Assembly (NCBI GenBank): GCA_031409335.1
Contig: JANNWY010000095.1
Span: 26,994-90,993 of the forward strand
Direction: 5' to 3'
Length of the DNA stretch: 64,000 nt
Source: Chthoniobacteraceae bacterium
Lineage (GTDB): Bacteria > Verrucomicrobiota > Verrucomicrobiia > Chthoniobacterales > Chthoniobacteraceae
Below the pieces are notes generated by a model. It was not told the origin of the DNA. It made no database searches and was given only the letters and a program-made list of their open reading frames with translations. Below are positions 21,567 to 32,034 of this stretch, in pieces. Within the stretch, counting starts at the first letter, position 1; the number at the start of each line of letters is the position of its first letter. A program made the translations under genes and the position numbers.

Positions 21567-24500
21567 ATGCAAACCGCCCAAAATCCCACTGATCTGCCAC
21601 GAAGCGTCGCTTCCACTGTTTTTCCGCTATTGAAGTCCGGTGACAAGCTGGCGGGGTGCTATGTCCTCAAAAGCGAGAAATATTCGAGCGAGACGACCTC
21701 GATTTGGCACGCGCACGACGAAGTCCTCGACAAGGATGTCGCTTTGCATTTCGTCCCGCAGTCGATTCGCCGCGATGACAAAGCCATGGATGCGATGCGC
21801 CAACTCACCAAGCGCAACCGGCAATTGATCCACCCGAACATTTTGCGCATCTACGATTTCATCGAGGACGACGGCTGGGCGGCGATTTCCACGGACCCTG
21901 TGGAGGGCGATTGCGTGGCGGATTTGCGGCGCGCACGGGCAGGCGGCCATTTCGAGGTGGCTGAGATCAAGCCCTGGCTCGCGCAGGTTTGCCAGACGCT
22001 GGATGACGCGCACAAGATTCAGCTCGTTCACGGCGATCTCTCGCCGGAGCATTTGTTCGTGGACAAGCGCGGACGTGTGACCGTGTCCGATTTTGGGATT
22101 GGACGATGCGTCCGCGATGCTGCGTGGCGTGCGAAAGGCGCGGACGGAGGGGTGCCGCCCGTCGAGAATCTCAGTCCGCAAATGCTGGACGGCCAGGCGC
22201 CGACGGCGGCGGATGATTTGTATTCGACAGGCGTGCTGTTGCACGAATTGCTCGTCGGTCAGCCGCCCTTCACGGACCCGGACGTACCATCCAAGATTCG
22301 CGGTGCTGCCGCGCCCAAGGTGCTTCAACGCCGCGCGGAACTTCAAAAAGCGGGTGGTCCAGTGCCGCCAGTTTGGGAAAAAGCGATCGCTGCCTGTCTG
22401 GAGAAGGTTGCCGAGCAGCGCCCGAAGAATTTGGCGGATTTGAGCGTCCGCCTGACACTTCCGAAATCGAATTCAAAAGCCGAGGAATCGGAGCCGTCCG
22501 ACAAGGTGATCGAGGCAGTGGCTGAGACGCCGAAAGCTGGCGATGAGCCAGTGATCCCAGTCGTGAAGAAAGCGTGGGTCGGCTCAACGACTTCCGCCCC
22601 GGTTTTCGGCGGAGCCGTGGTCGCAAAAGGGCGGCGCGCGGATGCCAAAATCGCTGACAAGGAAGTGGATATGAGCGACTCCGTGGAATCGCTCGATGAT
22701 CGATTGAGCGTGAGAAACTCGCTGGCGGAAGCCTCGCGAAGCGGCCAAAGTCGCAGATCTGGATTCCCGGTCACAGGGGTCGCGGCCGCCGCTCTTTTGG
22801 GAGGACTTTGTGTTTATGCTGCAGTCTCCGGTGTTTTTCAGAAGGACGCGCAGGCTGATCCCGATCCATTGATACACGCGGTCGCAGCCAGCGAACCAGA
22901 ATATGCGTCGGTGGCTAATTCTACCGTGGAATCGACCGGCGAGACGAAATCAAGCGCAGAAGCGCTGCCCGAGACAAAACCGGCAGTCGAGCCCGTTCCG
23001 GTGCCGGTGCAGGCCGAACCCATCGCCGCGACCGTTGTCAGCGCGCCACCCGCCCTCGCTACCCCGGATCCGATTCCCGCGGTGACGCCAACGATTCCGC
23101 CGAAGCCTGAGAGCCAAACCGCGCTGACGCTGGTAGCGAATACCAAGCCGCCAAAGAAGCCGGCACCCGCTGTCGCGACTCCGATTCCCGCCACCGCCGG
23201 TTCATCCGTTGCCGCAAAAGCCGCTGCGCTGGAAGAAACGCGAAGGTCCGTCGATGAGTGGGAAAAGGCCCATTCAACAATGTTGAAAAAGAAGGAGCAG
23301 GCAGAAGCCGCCATCGCCGCGGCGAAAAGTGCATTGAATGAAAAGATCAAGGTCGTCGGCCCGATGCTGAAAGCCTCCGAGGAAGTCGCGGCTATCAAGC
23401 AGCAGCGCGAAGAGGCAATGCGGGCAGCGGACCTCGCTGCGGTGGAAGCGAAAAAAGCTGCCGACGAAAAAGCGCGGCTGGCGGAGGAAGCGAGGAAAGC
23501 GGTGATCAACGTCGAGAAGGACAATCGGGATAAGCTCGTCGGGCAGAAACAGGCTGAGGCGGAACTCGATGAGATCAAAAAAGTGATCGCCGACAATGAG
23601 CGGCTCGCAGCGGAGAGTGTGAAGCTCGCCGAAGGTGCGATGGCCAAGAAAACCGAGCAAGCCGCGCTCGTGAAACAGAAGGAACAGGAAGTGGCCATGG
23701 CAATGGCCGCAGCCGAAATCGAGATTCAAAAGAAGCGCGAACTGGAGGAAAAAAGAGGCCGGATCATGAAGGAAATGGATGAGGCCAAGCGCCTCTTTGA
23801 AGATCGGATGAAAGCGCTCGAATCTTCCCTGAAAGAGCCCGATGCCGGGACCATCCCGCCCAAGCCTGCGATCGAGAAGGCACCCGCAGCCCCTACGACG
23901 CTCCCACCTGCGGCTGTGAATCCGCCCGCACCAGCCCCGACAGTCGAAGTTGCCAAACCTGTGACAGCTTCCGCCGGGCCGACACTGCTCGCTGCCGATT
24001 CCACTTTGCTGGCGAAGATGGAGAAGCCGCCAGTAGTCCCCGCCGTGGAGCCGAAAGAGCCCGCGGCTTCCGTTGGGAATACTTCCGTTAACAGCCTTGG
24101 CATTCGTTTTGTTCCAGTGGGTGACGTGCAATTCGCGGTCTGGCCTACCCGGTTGAAAGACTTTGAAGCGTTTGCCACGGCAACGGGCTTGAAATCCAGT
24201 CTCTGGCGCGACCCCGGTTTCAAGCAAGGGCCCGATCATCCCGTGGTGAACGTAACTTGGATGGAGGCGATGGCGTTCTGCAAATGGCTGACTTTCAAGG
24301 AACAGCGGGAAGGCACTCTGCCCGCGGGAAAAGCATACCGTCTTCCGACCGATCTCGAATGGAGCCGGGCGGTGGGTTTGCCGGATGAAACCGGAAAGAC
24401 CGCAGAAGCTCGCGACATGGGTATTCCGGACGTGTATCCGTGGGGAACCACATGGCCACCGCCGCAGGGCGCGGGCAACTACACGGGCGAAGAAACTGGC

Positions 24501-24800
24501 TCGGATGTCGCAATCAAGAACTACTCGGATGGGTTTCCGTGGACTTCTCCAGTCGGCAGCTTTCCTCCGAACAAGTCCGGGATCGCCGACATGGGCGGCA
24601 ATGTCTGGCAATGGGTGATGGATCCTTGGAACACGGATTCCAATTCGAAAGTGCTCCGCGGAGCTTCTTGGTACAATGGCGCGCTCAAGCTCAGCTTGCT
24701 GTCTTCGTGCAGGGTTCACGCTGCGCAGGATAGCAGCACCGACAACTACGGTTTTCGTTGCGTAATCGCCGTGGATTCCTCAAAAGCCGCGAAGCGCTAA
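21567..24800 (+). CDS. Ser/Thr kinase-like (degenerate) domain, TM, Pro-rich/coiled-coil linker and FGE-sulfatase (SUMF1)-like domain protein
   Basis: HGDLSPEH, DFG, SPQML, DLYSTG kinase remnants; TM GVAAAALLGGLCVYAAV; C-terminal HPVVNVTW..YRLPTDLEW..YPWG..DMGGNVWQW..GFRC. Confidence 0.88.
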   Translation: MQTAQNPTDLPRSVASTVFPLLKSGDKLAGCYVLKSEKYSSETTSIWHAHDEVLDKDVALHFVPQSIRRDDKAMDAMRQLTKRNRQLIHPNILRIYDFIEDDGWAAISTDPVEGDCVADLRRARAGGHFEVAEIKPWLAQVCQTLDDAHKIQLVHGDLSPEHLFVDKRGRVTVSDFGIGRCVRDAAWRAKGADGGVPPVENLSPQMLDGQAPTAADDLYSTGVLLHELLVGQPPFTDPDVPSKIRGAAAPKVLQRRAELQKAGGPVPPVWEKAIAACLEKVAEQRPKNLADLSVRLTLPKSNSKAEESEPSDKVIEAVAETPKAGDEPVIPVVKKAWVGSTTSAPVFGGAVVAKGRRADAKIADKEVDMSDSVESLDDRLSVRNSLAEASRSGQSRRSGFPVTGVAAAALLGGLCVYAAVSGVFQKDAQADPDPLIHAVAASEPEYASVANSTVESTGETKSSAEALPETKPAVEPVPVPVQAEPIAATVVSAPPALATPDPIPAVTPTIPPKPESQTALTLVANTKPPKKPAPAVATPIPATAGSSVAAKAAALEETRRSVDEWEKAHSTMLKKKEQAEAAIAAAKSALNEKIKVVGPMLKASEEVAAIKQQREEAMRAADLAAVEAKKAADEKARLAEEARKAVINVEKDNRDKLVGQKQAEAELDEIKKVIADNERLAAESVKLAEGAMAKKTEQAALVKQKEQEVAMAMAAAEIEIQKKRELEEKRGRIMKEMDEAKRLFEDRMKALESSLKEPDAGTIPPKPAIEKAPAAPTTLPPAAVNPPAPAPTVEVAKPVTASAGPTLLAADSTLLAKMEKPPVVPAVEPKEPAASVGNTSVNSLGIRFVPVGDVQFAVWPTRLKDFEAFATATGLKSSLWRDPGFKQGPDHPVVNVTWMEAMAFCKWLTFKEQREGTLPAGKAYRLPTDLEWSRAVGLPDETGKTAEARDMGIPDVYPWGTTWPPPQGAGNYTGEETGSDVAIKNYSDGFPWTSPVGSFPPNKSGIADMGGNVWQWVMDPWNTDSNSKVLRGASWYNGALKLSLLSSCRVHAAQDSSTDNYGFRCVIAVDSSKAAKR

Positions 24801-24910
24801 CGATTCGCGTTCCTGACCGCTTCTCGGATATTCTGCCGACGCAAAATAACATTGCATCTTTCGCCAAATCGCCCGCAAATACGCGAGCCAATTATCTTCT
24901 TTCGTAATCT

Positions 24911-26281
24911 ATGAACCAAACACCGAAATTGTCCGCTTCACTCTTTGCTCTTGCCTCGTTGCTTACGGGAGCGACTGCGAGCGCACAGGACTTTTTTCGC
25001 GACTTCGGGACCTCGCGTTCTTCCGGCGGGATCGGTCCGGTCGTTGCATCGGAATATACCTACACGGACACAACGCCAGTCGGCCTTCGGCCACTGGCAA
25101 GTCCTGATCTCGCTGAGGAGTCCGACAAATATAATTTTGCGCTCGGACCGATGCGCTTCACCATCGCTGCCGGTGTGGGCTTGGAGTTCAACGACAACAT
25201 CTTCCTGTCCGATCGCAATCGGGAATCTGACTTCATCCTGCGGCCCTCGATCTCGATCGACTCGTCGTGGAAATTGAGCGAGCGGAACACGCTGCGACTG
25301 GGTGTCGAGCTGAGCTATGCCAAGTATTTTGACCACAGCGAACTCGATACCGATGGCGTCCTCGTCTCACCCACCTCGGAGCTCGCCTTCACATTCGAGA
25401 TTGGTGCGGTAAAGGTCACCCTGCGGGGCCGCGGCTCCTATCAGGAGGACACATACGATGTTCCGGTTTTGAGCGACGTCGTCCAGTATCGTCGGGCTGA
25501 GACTCAAATCGGCATTCAGGCCGATTGGGCGATCAATCAGAACGCGACGCTCGTAGGCGGATACGACCATTTCAATCTGTGGACGTTCGACGAGGAATTC
25601 TCTGCCGACGAGCGTTCGGTGGACACCTTCTTCCTGAAGCCATCCTATCAATTCACTCCGACAGTCAAAGCAGGCATTGTCGCGGCCTTTAGCGCCATCA
25701 CTTTCAATGAGGATCTGCGCCAGGACGGAACCAATGTCCTAGTCGGGCCCTTCATCGAGTGGAAGCTGTCGGAAGTGATGACACTCTATGTGGAGGGTGG
25801 CTTTCAGGATTTGAGTTTCGATGGCAGTTCGTCGTTCGATGAGGATTTCCTGCGCGGCCTTACCGATGAGGAAAGAACGCTGTTCGAGGATGACGAGGAC
25901 TCATCCACTTGGTATGTGAAGTTCGAGTTAAACCATCAGGCGAACGACTATTTTTCGCATAAACTCGCGGGCTCCAAGACTTCCGAAATCGGCATTGGCT
26001 CCGACTTCTACGACCTCTATCACATCGAATACACCGCAAACTGGAAGAACTTCTTCGCCAAGACGGAATTTAGCCCCACCCTATTTTTCGAGCACTACGA
26101 AACTTCCGGGTTCGGCGGCGAGGAGGCCAATCGTTTCGGCGCAGCGCTTGGAGTGCGCTATAATTTGACGAATTCCATCACACTCGGGCTCGATTATCGC
26201 TTTATCTGGAAGGACTCCGATCAGGAAGATGCAGACTACTACCAGAATCTCGCCTTCCTCAGCATCTACTACAAATTCTAA
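24911..26281 (+). CDS. Outer-membrane beta-barrel protein associated with polysaccharide export
   Basis: Signal peptide, GLEFNDNIFLS lead-in, alternating aromatic strands and a C-terminal YYKF. It lies directly upstream of the OPX and Wzc genes. Confidence 0.78.
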   Translation: MNQTPKLSASLFALASLLTGATASAQDFFRDFGTSRSSGGIGPVVASEYTYTDTTPVGLRPLASPDLAEESDKYNFALGPMRFTIAAGVGLEFNDNIFLSDRNRESDFILRPSISIDSSWKLSERNTLRLGVELSYAKYFDHSELDTDGVLVSPTSELAFTFEIGAVKVTLRGRGSYQEDTYDVPVLSDVVQYRRAETQIGIQADWAINQNATLVGGYDHFNLWTFDEEFSADERSVDTFFLKPSYQFTPTVKAGIVAAFSAITFNEDLRQDGTNVLVGPFIEWKLSEVMTLYVEGGFQDLSFDGSSSFDEDFLRGLTDEERTLFEDDEDSSTWYVKFELNHQANDYFSHKLAGSKTSEIGIGSDFYDLYHIEYTANWKNFFAKTEFSPTLFFEHYETSGFGGEEANRFGAALGVRYNLTNSITLGLDYRFIWKDSDQEDADYYQNLAFLSIYYKF

Positions 26282-26298
26282 CCCGACCTACCCAGCCT

Positions 26299-27000
26299 AT
26301 GCGTGACCGCCTGATTCATTGGATAAATCTCGCAGTCGCAGTGCTGGCATTGCCGGTTGGAAGTTTAGCGCAGGAGAACGTCCGGCGCGCCGAGCCTGTA
26401 AACCCAGGTTTGTTGTATGAAAACTCTCCCGGAGGTTCGACCGCGACGCTGATGCAGCGCACGGTGCTGGTTGACCCGAACAAGCGGCTGGGTGTCGGAG
26501 ATCAGGTTGCGATTGAGATTGTTGAGGATCGTGAAGGTCCCACTTCGCGACTCATCACCGCGACCGGTGATCTGGAAGTCCCGCCGCTCGACCGCGTGCA
26601 TGTCGCCGGAAAAACCACCACTGAAGCCGCCGCCGAGATCAAGCGATTGTTGGAGGCAGACTACTACTACCGCGCAACCGTGAAGCTATCCATTGACCGC
26701 GTGAACGTCTCTGCCGCGCTCGGCAAAATCCAGATCTCCGGTGAAGTGGGTATTCCCGGTGTCCTTGAGTTTAATCTCGCGGATCCGCTGACATTGAATG
26801 AAGCCATTCTCAAGGCAGGAAACTTCAAGGATTTCGCTGATCCGAAGAAAGTCCGGGTGGCAAGAGTGAAGGGCGGCGCGAAAAAGGAGTTCACTGTCGA
26901 TGTAAAAGCCGTCCAGCGCGATGGAGCAGCGGACAAGGACATCACGCTGGAAGACGGAGACCGGGTGTACATTCCAAAGGTGTTCATTCGCTGGAACTAA
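26299..27000 (+). CDS. wza: Short OPX/Wza-family polysaccharide export protein (Poly_export plus SLBB)
   Basis: LGVGDQVAIEI..GDLEVPPLDRVHVAGKT..SGEVGIPG..AILKAG..LEDGDRVYIP. Confidence 0.87.
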   Translation: MRDRLIHWINLAVAVLALPVGSLAQENVRRAEPVNPGLLYENSPGGSTATLMQRTVLVDPNKRLGVGDQVAIEIVEDREGPTSRLITATGDLEVPPLDRVHVAGKTTTEAAAEIKRLLEADYYYRATVKLSIDRVNVSAALGKIQISGEVGIPGVLEFNLADPLTLNEAILKAGNFKDFADPKKVRVARVKGGAKKEFTVDVKAVQRDGAADKDITLEDGDRVYIPKVFIRWN

Positions 27001-27018
27001 ATCGGGACTACTTTTACG

Positions 27019-29118
27019 ATGGACTCGCCCAATCCCACTCCACCATCACGCTCGCTGAATTCCGTGTTCGGCTTGAAGTTCTACAAGTATCGGAATCTTC
27101 TCCGCAAACAGTGGTGGATTCTGGCGCTGACGGTGGGTCTTGGGCTGGCGTGGAAAGGTTGGTATCTGTTCACCCAGCCTGACTACTTCGAATCGACAAG
27201 CGAGATCAGCGTGCCCGAAGAAGTGAAAGGCATGGAGGAAAAGCGATTATTCCGGATGGAATTCTACGAGGAATACGTTGGCAATACGATGCGCACCTTG
27301 CAAAGCCCGGAGGTCGCGGAGGCTGCCAGGAAGCGCGTTGATTTGGAAATGCCAGATGTCCTTTCGGAGGTTCTGATCACGCCAGTCAATGTTCCGCGAA
27401 CCATGATCTTCTCCGTCACCGGGCGCGGGACGAATCGCGAGTACACCCGTCGTTTCGTGGATGCGATGGTCGGGGAATTCATCGCGTATCGCAAATCACT
27501 TCGAAAGGGTGCCGTTCACGAAACCAGCGGAGACCTGCAAGGGGAGCTCGAGTCGCTTCGCAAGGATTTGACCGCGCGGAAGGCAGAGTTTCAGACATTC
27601 ATCGAAAAGAATGGCATGGCTGCGTGGAAGGAGCAGGCCACTGGTGCCAACGCTTTCCTCTCCGGTCTGAAAGCGAAGCAGTCACAACTCGAGCATGACC
27701 TGCTTCGCCTTCAAAACCTGAAGCCAGACCAGCTTCTTCTCTCCACCCAGCCATTGAGCCTTTCCGAGGGTCAGCAGCTTGGAAAGTCTTCAGGCCCTGA
27801 GAGTGGTACCAAGCCTGACGGCGGTTTTGGTGGAAACGAACTTTACTCGCAGTTTTTGCAAATCTCCCGACTCGTGGTGCAAAAGCAGGCCGATCTGGAG
27901 GAGCGGAGCACGATTTGGAAGCCGAAGCATCCGAAACTGAAATCGTTGGAGCGGGAAGTCGAAGGACTGCAACGGCAGATTGGCGTGATCAAGAAACAGA
28001 CTGCGGAAGCCATGGCGTCTCAGGTTGAAGCGATTAAGAGCGACCTGAAAAGTCTCGAAGCAAGCATCGCCGCCTCGACGGAGAAGTTGAATGAGGCAAG
28101 CAAGAAGGACAACGAATACAATCGTCTCGAAACGGAGATCAATCGGCTGCAAAAGCAGGAGGAGCAATTGGTCGCGGACCTGCGGAAAGTCGATGCGAAA
28201 ACCGGATTGGATTCTGGCCTGCCCACGGTCAAACGCGCCGCGACTTCGCCGATGCCTGTCCCTCGCGGCACGCTCAAGCATTTGTTACTCGGTCTGCTCG
28301 CAGGTGTTGCCTCGGGTGGCTTGGTTCTCTTTTTGATGGGTCGTTCGGATGATCGCCTGTCGTCTTCGACGGAAATTATCGAGCATTTTTCCGAGCCGAT
28401 TTTGGGACAAATCCCGGATGTCTCCGACAGCCGTGATGGCCAAGGACTTCCGCTGCTTGATCCAGAGGACGAGCGCTACACTTACGCGGAAGCCTTCCGA
28501 AGCCTGCGTTCGTCGCTGATCTTCATGCCAAATCAGTCCGAACTGAAGACGCTGATCGTGACCAGCGCCATCCCGAATGAGGGAAAGTCAACCGTCGCAA
28601 GCAACCTAGCGGTGACCATGGCTGCATCCGGCGCGCGCGTGTTGCTGGTGGATGCGGATCTTCGCCGGGGCGATATCGCCGAGTTGTTTCATCTGCAATC
28701 GGCAAAGGGACTCACCAATATCCTCCGCGGCGAGGCGCGTTGGAAGGATGCGGTTCACTCCACAAAGTATCCCTCCCTTTCGATCATCACTCGTGGACCC
28801 GTCACCAATCAGTCTGGAGAGCTTCTCCTTCGGCCTGCGATGCTATCCCTTCTGGATGAGTTTAAGGAAGCCTACGATCTCACGATCTTTAACACGGCTC
28901 CCATTCTCGCCACCGACGACACACCGACGCTCGCGCCAAATTTCGACGGCTCATTGATGGTCGTGCGCGCTGGATTTACCTCGGCGCATCTGACCAAAAA
29001 TGCGCTCAATGCCCTCTATCAGCGCCAGGTGAATGTCCTGGGCCTGATCTTGAATGCAATCGATGCCGAGATGCCGGACTACCACTACTATCGGTATCCA
29101 AAGTATTACGCGGCGTAG
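27019..29118 (+). CDS. wzc: Polysaccharide co-polymerase / BY-kinase (Wzc family)
   Basis: Two TMs flanking a coiled coil; AEAFRSLRSSL; Walker A TSAIPNEGKST; A' VDADLRR; C-terminal Tyr cluster DYHYYRYPKYY. Confidence 0.92.
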   Translation: MDSPNPTPPSRSLNSVFGLKFYKYRNLLRKQWWILALTVGLGLAWKGWYLFTQPDYFESTSEISVPEEVKGMEEKRLFRMEFYEEYVGNTMRTLQSPEVAEAARKRVDLEMPDVLSEVLITPVNVPRTMIFSVTGRGTNREYTRRFVDAMVGEFIAYRKSLRKGAVHETSGDLQGELESLRKDLTARKAEFQTFIEKNGMAAWKEQATGANAFLSGLKAKQSQLEHDLLRLQNLKPDQLLLSTQPLSLSEGQQLGKSSGPESGTKPDGGFGGNELYSQFLQISRLVVQKQADLEERSTIWKPKHPKLKSLEREVEGLQRQIGVIKKQTAEAMASQVEAIKSDLKSLEASIAASTEKLNEASKKDNEYNRLETEINRLQKQEEQLVADLRKVDAKTGLDSGLPTVKRAATSPMPVPRGTLKHLLLGLLAGVASGGLVLFLMGRSDDRLSSSTEIIEHFSEPILGQIPDVSDSRDGQGLPLLDPEDERYTYAEAFRSLRSSLIFMPNQSELKTLIVTSAIPNEGKSTVASNLAVTMAASGARVLLVDADLRRGDIAELFHLQSAKGLTNILRGEARWKDAVHSTKYPSLSIITRGPVTNQSGELLLRPAMLSLLDEFKEAYDLTIFNTAPILATDDTPTLAPNFDGSLMVVRAGFTSAHLTKNALNALYQRQVNVLGLILNAIDAEMPDYHYYRYPKYYAA

Positions 29119-29136
29119 CTTGGTTCGGCACCCGTG

Positions 29137-30654
29137 TCAGGGATTCCCGGCGAGATGACGGGACTGTCTCTTTGGTAAAATGCGACGCGGTGTTTTTCCG
29201 GCACCGGATTTTTCCAAGAATGGCGGATGCTCGTTTCGTCCGGCACGGTGCCAATCCGCGCGCAGAGCTGCTTCCACCTGCGAGTTCGGCAGTCCACGCT
29301 CGGCAGTCAGAAATATGAAGAGATTCTCCGCCAAAGTCGCCAGCGCGATCGAGTGATGACGACCGATCCTGATGGAAATCCAATCGCTGAAATTTAGAAA
29401 CGATTCAAACGGCGAACTCCCGCCCGTCCACAGCATCGGCGCGCTCTCGACGAAGTTGCCGCTATTCCCGACGAGATCCCAAAACCGCGCAAACCGGCGC
29501 ATCCGCTGCATCGCCACAAAATCCAGCAGCTTGTTTTGGAGGATTTCGTAAGGCGGATTTGGGCTGTAGATCATCTCCCACTCCGCGTCGTGCCGCGCGA
29601 TCGGCGTGCCGCGCAGCTTTTTCAAAATGCCGACCTGGATCTCCTGTGGCCGCAGCGCGAGGAGTCGATCGAATCCGCGTCCGAAGCTCGCCGTGTCTTC
29701 CCCAGGCAGCCCGACGATCAAGTCGGCGTGGATGTGGACGCCGGTGTGTTCGCGGAGGAAACGCAAATTGTCTTCAAGCCGATCGAGGTTTTGCCGGCGG
29801 CTGATGTTCCGCGAAGTCGCCTCATCGAAGGTCTGAATGCCGACCTCGAACTGCAACGCGCCTGGCGGAAACTTTGCGATCACTTCGCGAAGTGGTTCGG
29901 GCAGACGATCCGGCACCATTTCAAAGTGCATGAACAATCCATCGCGCCAGCGTGCGAGGAAAAACTCCAGGATCGCCCGGCTGGTTGCGAGATTCAGATT
30001 GAAGGTGCGATCCACAAACTTGAACTGCGTCGCTCCGCGCGCAAGCAGGTCATCGAGCGCCGCGAGAAAAGGCGGCAGCGCGAACGCCCGCACTGGAATA
30101 TCGAGCGACGAAAGACAGAACTCGCAAGTGAACGGGCAGCCGCGCGATGCTTCCACGTAGAGCACCCGATGCGCGATGTCGTGATCGGAGTAAAGCTCGT
30201 ATGGCATTCGCAATTGCTCCGGCAGTGGCAGTGGTGCAGCGATCATTTTTGGCAGATCGCGTTTCCCATCAAGGAGCGCGCCGCAGACTTCGGCGAATGC
30301 CAAATCGGCTTCACCCGTGATGACATGATCCGCGAGTCGCACGATCTCCTGCTGGTCGGATTCGTAGCTCACCTCCGGCCCGCCCAAAACGATCTTCAAG
30401 TCTGGCCGCAGCCGCTTGAGCAGCGCCACGACTTCCGTCGTCGGAGCCACGTTCCAGATGTAAACGCCGAGGCCGAGAATGCGCGGCGCATGAGCCATAA
30501 TCGCATCGACGATCTCCAGCGGTCGCTGGTTGATATCGAATTCCGCGATGGCTGCTTCATTCCGCAACGCACCCAAATTCGCCATCAGATAGCGAAGGCC
30601 AAACGCCGCATGAATGTAGCGGGCGTTGAGCGTGGCGAGCAGGATTTGAGACAT
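29137..30654 (-). CDS. B12-binding radical SAM protein (DUF4080-type)
   Basis: [44 protein letters not shown] (CxxxCxxC), KFVDRTFN. Likely start ATG 30654. Confidence 0.9.
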   Translation of the reverse strand: MSQILLATLNARYIHAAFGLRYLMANLGALRNEAAIAEFDINQRPLEIVDAIMAHAPRILGLGVYIWNVAPTTEVVALLKRLRPDLKIVLGGPEVSYESDQQEIVRLADHVITGEADLAFAEVCGALLDGKRDLPKMIAAPLPLPEQLRMPYELYSDHDIAHRVLYVEASRGCPFTCEFCLSSLDIPVRAFALPPFLAALDDLLARGATQFKFVDRTFNLNLATSRAILEFFLARWRDGLFMHFEMVPDRLPEPLREVIAKFPPGALQFEVGIQTFDEATSRNISRRQNLDRLEDNLRFLREHTGVHIHADLIVGLPGEDTASFGRGFDRLLALRPQEIQVGILKKLRGTPIARHDAEWEMIYSPNPPYEILQNKLLDFVAMQRMRRFARFWDLVGNSGNFVESAPMLWTGGSSPFESFLNFSDWISIRIGRHHSIALATLAENLFIFLTAERGLPNSQVEAALRADWHRAGRNEHPPFLEKSGAGKTPRRILPKRQSRHLAGNP

Positions 30655-30662
30655 TGCAGATG

Positions 30663-31943
30663 CTAAGTCCCAAGCGCCCGCGCCGCGACTTCCGCGGTGC
30701 GCGCCATGTCCGCGGAGGTGTGCGCGAGGCTGATGAATCCCGCCTCGAATTGCGAAGGCGCGAAGTAGATTCCGCCATCCAGACATGCGTGAAAATAACG
30801 CGCGAACGCTTTCCGATCGCTGCGTTGTGCGTCGGCGAGGTTGTGAATCTCGCCATCCGTGAAATACAGGCAGAACATCGAGCCGATGCGTTGGAAAACG
30901 TAGTCGCGTCCCGCTTTTTTCAGCGCCGCGCGCGTGCCGGCCTCGAATTCCGCGCCGATTTCTTCGAGCTTCGCCCAGCCATTCACGCACTCCATTTCTC
31001 GGAGCTGCGCGAGCCCAGCCGCCATCGCCAGCGGGTTCCCGGAAAGCGTGCCGGCTTGATAGACCGGGCCATCAGGCGAGAGGCAATTCATGATTTCCGC
31101 CGCGCCACCAAATGCACCCACGGGCAACCCACCGCCGATCACCTTTCCGAGCGCCGTCAGATCGGGCGCGATCCCGCAAAGTTCCTGATAGCCACCGCGG
31201 GCAAGACGGAAGCCAGTCATCACCTCGTCGAAAATCAGGACGGCACCGTATTGCGAGCACTGCTGCCGGAGCACTTCCAGGAATCCTTCGCGCGGCAGAT
31301 AGAGCCCCGCATTTGCCGGCACCGGCTCGACGATCACCGCCGCGAGCTGGCTTCCCTGCGCCATAAAAAGCGAGCGCAGCGCGGTGACATCGTTGAATGG
31401 AAGCGTCACAGTGAGCGCGGCGAGCGCGGCGGGCACACCCGCGCTGTCCGGCTGTCCATGCGTCAGCGCGCCACTGCCGGCTTTCACCAAAAGCGAATCC
31501 ACATGGCCATGGTAACAGCCTTCAAATTTCACCACGAGATCCCGGCCCGTGAATCCGCGCGCCAGCCGAATGCACGACATCGTCGCTTCCGTCCCGCTGT
31601 TCACCATGCGGACTTTTTCAATCGACGGCACCCATTCCACGATCGTTCGCGCCATCTCGATCTCGAACGGATTCGGAATTCCAAAACTCACTCCTTTCGC
31701 CGCCGCCGCAGCGATCGCATCGCGCACCACCACCGGCGCATGACCGAGAATCGCCGGCCCCCACGTGCCCACGTAGTCGATCAGCTCATTCCCATCCAAA
31801 TCCCAAACATGAGCACCCTCCGCGCGATCGACGAAAAACGGTTCACCACCCACACCGCGGAAAGCGCGGACTGGGGAATTGACCCCGCCCGGGATGTATT
31901 TGCAGGCTTCAGCGAATGCGGAAGAAGAACGTGAATGATTCAT
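30663..31943 (-). CDS. hemL: Glutamate-1-semialdehyde 2,1-aminomutase
   Basis: [65 protein letters not shown]. Confidence 0.97.
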   Translation of the reverse strand: MNHSRSSSAFAEACKYIPGGVNSPVRAFRGVGGEPFFVDRAEGAHVWDLDGNELIDYVGTWGPAILGHAPVVVRDAIAAAAAKGVSFGIPNPFEIEMARTIVEWVPSIEKVRMVNSGTEATMSCIRLARGFTGRDLVVKFEGCYHGHVDSLLVKAGSGALTHGQPDSAGVPAALAALTVTLPFNDVTALRSLFMAQGSQLAAVIVEPVPANAGLYLPREGFLEVLRQQCSQYGAVLIFDEVMTGFRLARGGYQELCGIAPDLTALGKVIGGGLPVGAFGGAAEIMNCLSPDGPVYQAGTLSGNPLAMAAGLAQLREMECVNGWAKLEEIGAEFEAGTRAALKKAGRDYVFQRIGSMFCLYFTDGEIHNLADAQRSDRKAFARYFHACLDGGIYFAPSQFEAGFISLAHTSADMARTAEVAARALGT

Positions 31944-32034
31944 GAGCGATTGCGTCGAACTGCTGAATGCAGAACGACCCACGCCGCAAGAGCAGAGTTT
32001 GGACACGCGCCGAAACAGCGGCTAGTCTCGCACC

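Noticed and set aside
29137..31943. hemL plus B12 radical SAM as a novel tetrapyrrole pathway
   Set aside because: Adjacency alone, with no other tetrapyrrole genes in the window; both are common stand-alone genes.
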